Positions 54,750 to 64,000 of a DNA stretch of 64,000 bases are shown here, in pieces. The notes beneath the pieces were generated by a model, which had not been told where the DNA came from, made no database searches, and was given only the letters and a program-made list of their open reading frames with translations. A program made the position numbers and the translations under genes. The stretch comes from Escherichia coli (GTDB lineage: Bacteria > Pseudomonadota > Gammaproteobacteria > Enterobacterales > Enterobacteriaceae). Numbering within the stretch: position 1 is the stretch's first letter; each line of letters begins with the position of its first letter. The DNA is taken from assembly GCF_030013595.1 (NCBI RefSeq), contig NZ_CP122768.1, one strand, 5' to 3'.

Positions 54750-55649
54750 ATGTCGCGAAAAGATGGGGTGTTGGCGCTACTGGTAGTGGTCGTATGGGGG
54801 CTAAATTTTGTGGTCATCAAAGTGGGGCTTCATAACATGCCACCGCTGATGCTGGCCGGTTTGCGCTTTATGCTGGTCGCTTTTCCGGCCATCTTTTTTG
54901 TCGCACGACCGAAAGTACCACTGAATTTGTTGCTGGGGTATGGATTAACCATCAGTTTTGCGCAGTTTGCTTTTCTTTTTTGTGCCATTAACTTCGGTAT
55001 GCCTGCTGGACTGGCTTCGCTGGTGTTACAGGCACAGGCGTTTTTTACTATCGTACTTGGCGCATTTACTTTCGGTGAGCGGCTGCATGGCAAACAATTG
55101 GCGGGGATTGCCTTAGCGATTTTTGGCGTACTGGTGTTAATCGAAGATAGTCTGAACGGTCAGCATGTGGCGATGCTCGGCTTTATGTTGACCCTGGCGG
55201 CAGCATTTAGTTGGGCGTGTGGCAACATCTTCAATAAAAAGATCATGTCGCACTCAACGCGCCCGGCGGTGATGTCGCTGGTAATCTGGAGCGCATTAAT
55301 CCCAATCATTCCCTTCTTTGTTGCCTCGCTGATTCTCGATGGTTCCGCAACCATGATTCACAGTCTGGTCACTATCGATATGACCACCATCTTGTCTCTG
55401 ATGTATCTGGCGTTTGTGGCGACAATTGTTGGTTATGGGATCTGGGGGACGTTACTGGGACGCTATGAAACCTGGCGGGTTGCACCGTTATCGTTACTGG
55501 TGCCCGTAGTAGGACTGGCAAGTGCGGCACTATTGTTGGATGAACGCTTAACGGGTCTACAATTTTTCGGTGCGGTGCTCATTATGACCGGGCTGTATAT
55601 CAATGTATTTGGCTTGCGGTGGCGTAAAGCGGTAAAGGTTAGAGGCTAA
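54750..55649 (+). CDS. eamA: Cysteine/O-acetylserine exporter EamA
   Basis: 299 aa MSRKDGVLALLVVVVWGLNFVVIKVGLHNMPPLMLAGLRF..., DMT superfamily. Confidence 0.85.
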   Translation: MSRKDGVLALLVVVVWGLNFVVIKVGLHNMPPLMLAGLRFMLVAFPAIFFVARPKVPLNLLLGYGLTISFAQFAFLFCAINFGMPAGLASLVLQAQAFFTIVLGAFTFGERLHGKQLAGIALAIFGVLVLIEDSLNGQHVAMLGFMLTLAAAFSWACGNIFNKKIMSHSTRPAVMSLVIWSALIPIIPFFVASLILDGSATMIHSLVTIDMTTILSLMYLAFVATIVGYGIWGTLLGRYETWRVAPLSLLVPVVGLASAALLLDERLTGLQFFGAVLIMTGLYINVFGLRWRKAVKVRG

Positions 55650-55693
55650 ACCATACGCACAGAATGTGATGCCAGCACTCTGTGCGTATGCTT

Positions 55694-56392
55694 TTATCGC
55701 GGGAAAAAGTACTTTACCTGGAACTCGAAAATATTGCTGTAAAGTAACGAATAATCCAGCGGAATAGAGTTACTGTCCACAGCCTGGGTCTGAATTTTAA
55801 GTATGGGATCCCGTGGGCTGATCCGTAAAATACTGGCGATTTCTGGGGTAGGAAAAGTAGGGGAGAAAGTTTCAAAGGTGCCAATGATTTTGATCCCGCA
55901 TTCGTTCTCAATATACGAAAATTTGGATTTTTGCATATGTGCTACGGTTAAATCAGGAAAACGTGCCACTGACATCCACGTTTCTTCTAATTGTGCTGCA
56001 TTATCCTCAATGAATCGCAGTCTCTTTATGTAATAAACCTGCTCACCAGTCACTAAATTCAGCTCAGTCGCAATAGGGGGAGAAGCATCCTGCACTTCAA
56101 ATTTCATAATCTGACTTCCTGCCTCCTTGCCGCTTTTATGCGCAATTTCACTGAAGCTGTTCATGTGATCAATGTGTGCAACAAAATTCTTTTTTTGAAT
56201 ATATGTTCCTGAACCATGCTTTCTATGAATAATTCCTTCGCCTTCCAGCAAGGATAATGCCTTACGCAGGGTATTACGCGAAACATTATAACGAACAGCG
56301 AGTTCAGCTTCTGACGGCAACAAATCACCAACATGCCATGAATAGCCATTGATCTCGGATTTAAGTAAGCGGGCAATCTTTTGAAAAATCAC
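55694..56392 (-). CDS. GntR-family regulator (HTH plus UTRA-like effector domain)
   Basis: 232 aa; GntR HTH (ELAVRYNVSRNTLRKALSLLEGEGII); divergent from a PTS operon. Confidence 0.8.
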   Translation of the reverse strand: MIFQKIARLLKSEINGYSWHVGDLLPSEAELAVRYNVSRNTLRKALSLLEGEGIIHRKHGSGTYIQKKNFVAHIDHMNSFSEIAHKSGKEAGSQIMKFEVQDASPPIATELNLVTGEQVYYIKRLRFIEDNAAQLEETWMSVARFPDLTVAHMQKSKFSYIENECGIKIIGTFETFSPTFPTPEIASILRISPRDPILKIQTQAVDSNSIPLDYSLLYSNIFEFQVKYFFPR

Positions 56393-56590
56393 TTTTGCAC
56401 CTTTTAAGAGCCATTGAAAACAAGGAGTTGAGTCCTGATTGGTTTATCGTATGGCCGAGTCGTTTAATTATTACCCTGATGTTGAACAACTTTATTGCTG
56501 TATTACTGTGATCAATGTACCAGGACGTATAGCTACTGCGGGATATGATATTTACACAATGTAATCTGTTATATACCAGTAAGGGAAAAT

Positions 56591-56902
56591 ATGAAAAAGA
56601 TATTGTTAGTTTGCGCTGCGGGCATGTCAACCAGTATGCTGGTTAAACGTATGATTGATCATGCTAACGCTATTTCACTTGAAGTTAATATTTCCGCATT
56701 GGCGATTGCAGAGGCTAAAGGGAAAATTAAAAATAACGAAGTTGACGTTGTTTTACTTGGCCCGCAAGTTCGCTTTCAGAAACCAGAGATTGAAGCTGTT
56801 GCACAGGGGAAAATGCCTGTAGCTGTTATCGAGATGAAAGACTATGGCACCATGAACGGACAGGCAGTTCTTGAATTTGCGATGAAACTACTGCAAGAGT
56901 AA
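56591..56902 (+). CDS. PTS enzyme IIB, lactose/cellobiose family
   Basis: 103 aa MKKILLVCAAGMSTSMLVKRM... with catalytic Cys in CAAGMSTS. Confidence 0.85.
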   Translation: MKKILLVCAAGMSTSMLVKRMIDHANAISLEVNISALAIAEAKGKIKNNEVDVVLLGPQVRFQKPEIEAVAQGKMPVAVIEMKDYGTMNGQAVLEFAMKLLQE

Positions 56903-57016
56903 GAATCTAATATTATTAAACTATTACCTGAACTAACTTTTCACACATCATAAAATGGATATGGCATACATGCTTTATTGGGATGTATAAATATCCAGAA
57001 CAACAGGTATAAAAAA

Positions 57017-58339
57017 ATGGGATTAATGACCTCATTCGAACGTGGAATGGAACGTTTTCTTGTTCCAGTTGCTATCAAGTTAAACTCACAAAAACATGTT
57101 GCAGCGGTGAGAGATGGATTCGTTTTTACGTTTCCAATTATCATGGCAAGCTCATTAATTATATTAATAAACTTTGCCATATTATCGCCAGACGGCTTTA
57201 TTGCCGGACTGCTGCATCTGAACAGCGTTTTTCCCAACCTTGAAAAAGCACAAGCTATTTTTACTCCGGTAATGAATGGCTCTGTAAATATCATGTCAAT
57301 TATGATTGCTTTCCTGGTCGCCAGAAATATGGCGATTAGCTATGAGCAAGATGATCTTTTATGCGGATTAACGGCAATAGGAGCATTTTTTATTGTTTAT
57401 ACGCCATATCAGATGATAGATGGGCAAGCATTCCTGACGACCAAATATCTCGGCGCACAGGGGTTGTTTGTTGCTGTTATCGTTGCATTAATCACCAGTG
57501 AAATATTTTGTCGCTTAGCTCGAAACCCAAAAATCACCATAACGATGCCGGCAGCTGTACCTCCTGCGGTAGCGCGTTCATTTAAAGTTTTATTGCCAAT
57601 ATTTTTTGTCATGGTGTTCTTTTCCGCACTTAATTATTGCCTGACACTGATATCCCCGGCAGGATTAAACGATCTCATTTACACATTAATCCAGACGCCG
57701 CTCAAACATATGGGAACGAATATCTTTGCGGTAATTATCCTGGGAGCTGTGGGTAATTTCCTGTGGGTGCTGGGTATCCACGGACCTAATACCACGTCGG
57801 CAATTCGAGAAACTGTTTTTTCTGAGGCTAATCTGGAGAATCTCTCCTGGGCCGCTCAACACGGCACTACCTGGGGCGCGCCATATCCGATTACCTGGAC
57901 TTCTATTAATGATGCATTCGCCAACTGCGGCGGTTCAGGTATGACGTTGGGATTATTGTTGGCTATTTTTATCGCGTCTAAGCGTGCGGAATACCGTGAT
58001 CTGGCAAAAATGTCGTTTATCCCCGGTATTTTCAATATCAATGAACCGATAATGTTCGGCCTTCCTATTGTACTTAACCCCATCATGATGGTGCCGTTTA
58101 TTCTGGTTCCCATTGTTAATTGTGCCATTGGTTACTTCTTTGTTTCGATGGAAATTATTCCACCGGTTGCTTATGCCGTGCCCTGGACTACGCCCGGACC
58201 TTTAATTGCTTTCCTCGGAACCGGGGGAAACTGGCTGGCGTTACTGGTGGGTTTTTTATGTTTAGGTGTGGCGACAATGATCTATTTACCTTTTGTTATT
58301 GCCGCCAACAAGGTCAATAACATGACAACTAACGGATAA
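57017..58339 (+). CDS. PTS enzyme IIC, lactose/cellobiose family permease
   Basis: about 440 aa polytopic membrane protein; operon context IIB-IIC-IIA. Confidence 0.85.
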   Translation: MGLMTSFERGMERFLVPVAIKLNSQKHVAAVRDGFVFTFPIIMASSLIILINFAILSPDGFIAGLLHLNSVFPNLEKAQAIFTPVMNGSVNIMSIMIAFLVARNMAISYEQDDLLCGLTAIGAFFIVYTPYQMIDGQAFLTTKYLGAQGLFVAVIVALITSEIFCRLARNPKITITMPAAVPPAVARSFKVLLPIFFVMVFFSALNYCLTLISPAGLNDLIYTLIQTPLKHMGTNIFAVIILGAVGNFLWVLGIHGPNTTSAIRETVFSEANLENLSWAAQHGTTWGAPYPITWTSINDAFANCGGSGMTLGLLLAIFIASKRAEYRDLAKMSFIPGIFNINEPIMFGLPIVLNPIMMVPFILVPIVNCAIGYFFVSMEIIPPVAYAVPWTTPGPLIAFLGTGGNWLALLVGFLCLGVATMIYLPFVIAANKVNNMTTNG

Positions 58340-58366
58340 TCCCATTTACACAGGAAGGAGATGTTG

Positions 58367-58678
58367 ATGTTTGCAGATGAAGAACTTGTTATGGAGTTAC
58401 TGATCAACGCGGGACAGGCACGTTCTGATGCGATGGAAGCCATACGTTGTGCCGGGCAAAAAGACTGGCAGGGCGCAACTCAGCTAATGGCCAGTTCGGA
58501 ATTAGCCTGTCTTCAGGCACATAAGATTCAGACCGCGTTAATTAGTCAGGATGAAGGTTGTGGCAAAATAGAAGTTAATTTAATTCTGGTTCATGCACAG
58601 GATCATTTGATGAATGCAATATTATGCCAGGATTTAGCCAGGGAAATTATTTCATTAAGAAAAGAGCTCCATCCCTGA
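58367..58678 (+). CDS. PTS enzyme IIA, lactose/cellobiose family
   Basis: about 103 aa MFADEELVMELLINAGQARSDAMEAIR...; ATG 6 nt after AGGAAGGAG. Confidence 0.8.
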   Translation: MFADEELVMELLINAGQARSDAMEAIRCAGQKDWQGATQLMASSELACLQAHKIQTALISQDEGCGKIEVNLILVHAQDHLMNAILCQDLAREIISLRKELHP

Positions 58679-58730
58679 TTTTTTCCTCCAGTGCGATAGC
58701 TGGAGGAAATTATTACACTCTTAAGGATAA

Positions 58731-61871
<3,141 letters not shown>

Positions 61872-61927
61872 GACTTCAGGAAGATATTACGGAGATGTCA
61901 GGCTCTGTGATCAGAGCCTGACAATAA

Positions 61928-62146
61928 CTACATAGCGTGTTGATTATAATAGGGCACGCCGAGCGCATCCGACTTATCACTGCCAGTATCCATGTGATTT
62001 AAATCAAACGGTGGCTGTTCCTGCGATGGGGGAACAACCACGACATTGGCACAGGAAGTAACAACCGGCTGCGTGGTTTGTTCCGCAATGCCCTGCGTGG
62101 AAAAGAGAATAAGCGCAGCTGCTATTGCGGATAAAAGTGGTTTCAT
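61928..62146 (-). CDS. marB: MarB periplasmic protein
   Basis: 72 aa with signal peptide MKPLLSAIAAALILFSTQGIA; downstream of marA. Confidence 0.8.
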   Translation of the reverse strand: MKPLLSAIAAALILFSTQGIAEQTTQPVVTSCANVVVVPPSQEQPPFDLNHMDTGSDKSDALGVPYYNQHAM

Positions 62147-62177
62147 GATTGCCTCAGTGACGTTGTCACGTTATCAA

Positions 62178-62561
62178 CTAGCTGTTGTAATGATTTAATG
62201 GATGTAAAAAGCGCGATTCGCCCTGCATATTGGTCATCCGGTATTTATGCGGCGGAACATCAAAGTAATTTTTGAAGGTTCGGGTCAGAGTTTGTTGCGA
62301 CTCGAAGCCATATCGTTCTGCCAGATAGAGTATCGGCTCGTTACTTTCCTTCAGCTTTTGCGCGATTTCCGTCATCTTACGGCTGCGGATGTATTGGCCT
62401 AATGAATGACCGGTTTCTTTTTTAAACATCCGTTGCAGGTGCCATTTGGAGTAACCCGAACGCTCTGACACTTTCTCCAGTGACAGTGGCGATTCCAGGT
62501 TGTCCTCGATCCAGTCCAAAATGCTATGAATGGTAATAGCGTCAGTATTGCGTCTGGACAT
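62178..62561 (-). CDS. marA: Transcriptional activator MarA (AraC/XylS family)
   Basis: 127 aa [62 protein letters not shown]... Confidence 0.9.
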
Positions 62562-62581
62562 CGTCATACCTCTTTTTTTGT

Positions 62582-63016
62582 TTACGGCAGGACTTTCTTA
62601 AGCAAATGCTCAAGTGTTGCCACTTCGTCCGCCGTCAGGTTTTTTGTTAATTCTTGATGCAGGTCCTGGCCAACTAATTGATGGCATTGTTCACATATTG
62701 CCGCGCCGCTGGTGGTAAGTTTTACCAGTACGCCGCGCTTGTCATTCGGGTTCGGCAACCTTTCCACCCAGCCTTTACAGACCAGGCGATCCAGCATACG
62801 GGTCAGCGCTCCCAGGTCGACCGACAACACTTTTTTCAGTTCAACCGGAGTAATACACGCCGCGCAGCGGATAGAGCAGAGCACCTTAAACTGTGCCGCG
62901 GTAATATCCAGCGGAGACAGATACTCATTAAGCAGGCGATCTTTCTTCTGATTAACCATATGGATTAAGCGACCCAATGGAATAATTTCATTGAACAGAT
63001 CGCTGGTACTTTTCAC
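62582..63016 (-). CDS. marR: Repressor MarR
   Basis: 144 aa [50 protein letters not shown]... Confidence 0.9.
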
Positions 63017-63227
63017 ATTAGTTGCCCTGGCAAGTAATTAGTTGCAGGGGATAATATTGCCCAGGCAAGTATAAGTCAAATGAATGAATTGACCGATGCC
63101 ACGTTTTGCTAAATCGGTTCAAGTTTTGGTCAGTGCGATGCAAGGCTAGCTAAAGAGTGACACTTTATCGTTGTTTACCCCTTATACTTTTCGCTGATAA
63201 CCCAGATACACAGGATAACAACCACCA
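63017..63227. promoter_or_regulatory. marO operator/promoter region between marR and marC
   Basis: Two TTGCC-N-GGCAA palindromes (TTGCCCTGGCAA near 63021; TTGCCCAGGCAA near 63056) consistent with MarR binding sites. Confidence 0.65.
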
Positions 63228-63893
63228 ATGTTAGATTTGTTTAAAGCAATAGGCCTGGGGCTGGTGGTGTTACTGCCGTTAGCTAACCCATTAACAACTG
63301 TCGCGTTATTTCTTGGCCTGGCAGGCAACATGAACAGTGCCGAACGTAATCGTCAGTCGTTGATGGCCTCGGTGTACGTATTTGCCATCATGATGGTGGC
63401 GTATTACGCCGGGCAACTGGTGATGGATACATTTGGCATTTCGATTCCCGGTCTGCGAATTGCAGGCGGCTTAATCGTCGCGTTTATCGGTTTTCGGATG
63501 CTCTTTCCGCAACAGAAAGCGATTGATTCACCGGAGGCGAAAAGCAAGTCGGAAGAGCTGGAAGATGAACCCAGCGCCAATATTGCTTTTGTACCACTGG
63601 CAATGCCAAGTACCGCCGGTCCGGGAACCATTGCAATGATTATTAGCTCGGCGTCCACAGTGCGTCAGAGTTCAACCTTCGCTGATTGGGTGCTGATGGT
63701 TGCGCCGCCGCTGATCTTTTTCCTGGTGGCGGTTATTTTGTGGGGAAGTCTACGCAGCTCTGGCGCAATTATGCGGCTGGTGGGTAAGGGGGGCATTGAA
63801 GCGATCTCCCGTCTGATGGGATTCCTGCTGGTATGTATGGGGGTGCAGTTTATTATTAACGGCATCCTGGAAATCATTAAAACGTACCACTAA
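63228..63893 (+). CDS. marC: Inner membrane protein MarC
   Basis: 221 aa [33 protein letters not shown]... Confidence 0.85.
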   Translation: MLDLFKAIGLGLVVLLPLANPLTTVALFLGLAGNMNSAERNRQSLMASVYVFAIMMVAYYAGQLVMDTFGISIPGLRIAGGLIVAFIGFRMLFPQQKAIDSPEAKSKSEELEDEPSANIAFVPLAMPSTAGPGTIAMIISSASTVRQSSTFADWVLMVAPPLIFFLVAVILWGSLRSSGAIMRLVGKGGIEAISRLMGFLLVCMGVQFIINGILEIIKTYH

Positions 63894-63896
63894 AAA

Positions 63897-63917
63897 AGGC
63901 CCAAATGGGCCTTTCAA
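63897..63917 (+). terminator. Terminator hairpin after marC
   Basis: AGGCCCAAATGGGCCT followed by TTC. Confidence 0.45.
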
Positions 63918-64000
63918 CTATTGTGTCTGTTCTTCGAGTGTCACTGGCCAGCGGCGGAAAATGATGATTGACCATATTAACGCGGCAAAGGCAGGCACCG

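Overview
Escherichia coli/Shigella-type chromosome: the right ~44 kb of a lambdoid prophage (left end outside the window) followed by host core genes and one accessory sugar-utilisation island. Gene identities and all K-12 comparisons are from memory of protein sequences, not from a database search. The prophage is a mosaic: a Qin-like early region (dicB, DicF, dicA/dicC, O-like replication gene with iterons), a moron-rich central region (flxA, relBE, hokD, rem, ydfU, Q, three csp paralogs, pinholin/SAR-endolysin/spanin lysis cassette) and a late region near-identical to phage lambda (cos, Nu1 through J, lom, stf, tfa), then pinQ, ydfK and the junction inside a 5'-truncated ydfJ. The most interesting element is an AT-rich 495-aa P-loop NTPase gene (4616..6103) next to an IS element between the replication module and Q; I propose it as a candidate single-gene anti-phage defence moron of unassigned family. 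Host genes to the right are ydfI, ydfZ, ydfH, ydfG, dcp, ydeI, dgcZ, ydeE, eamA, a beta-glucoside PTS island with a porin, then marB, marA, marR, marO and marC. No rRNA, tRNA or CRISPR array was recognised by eye.
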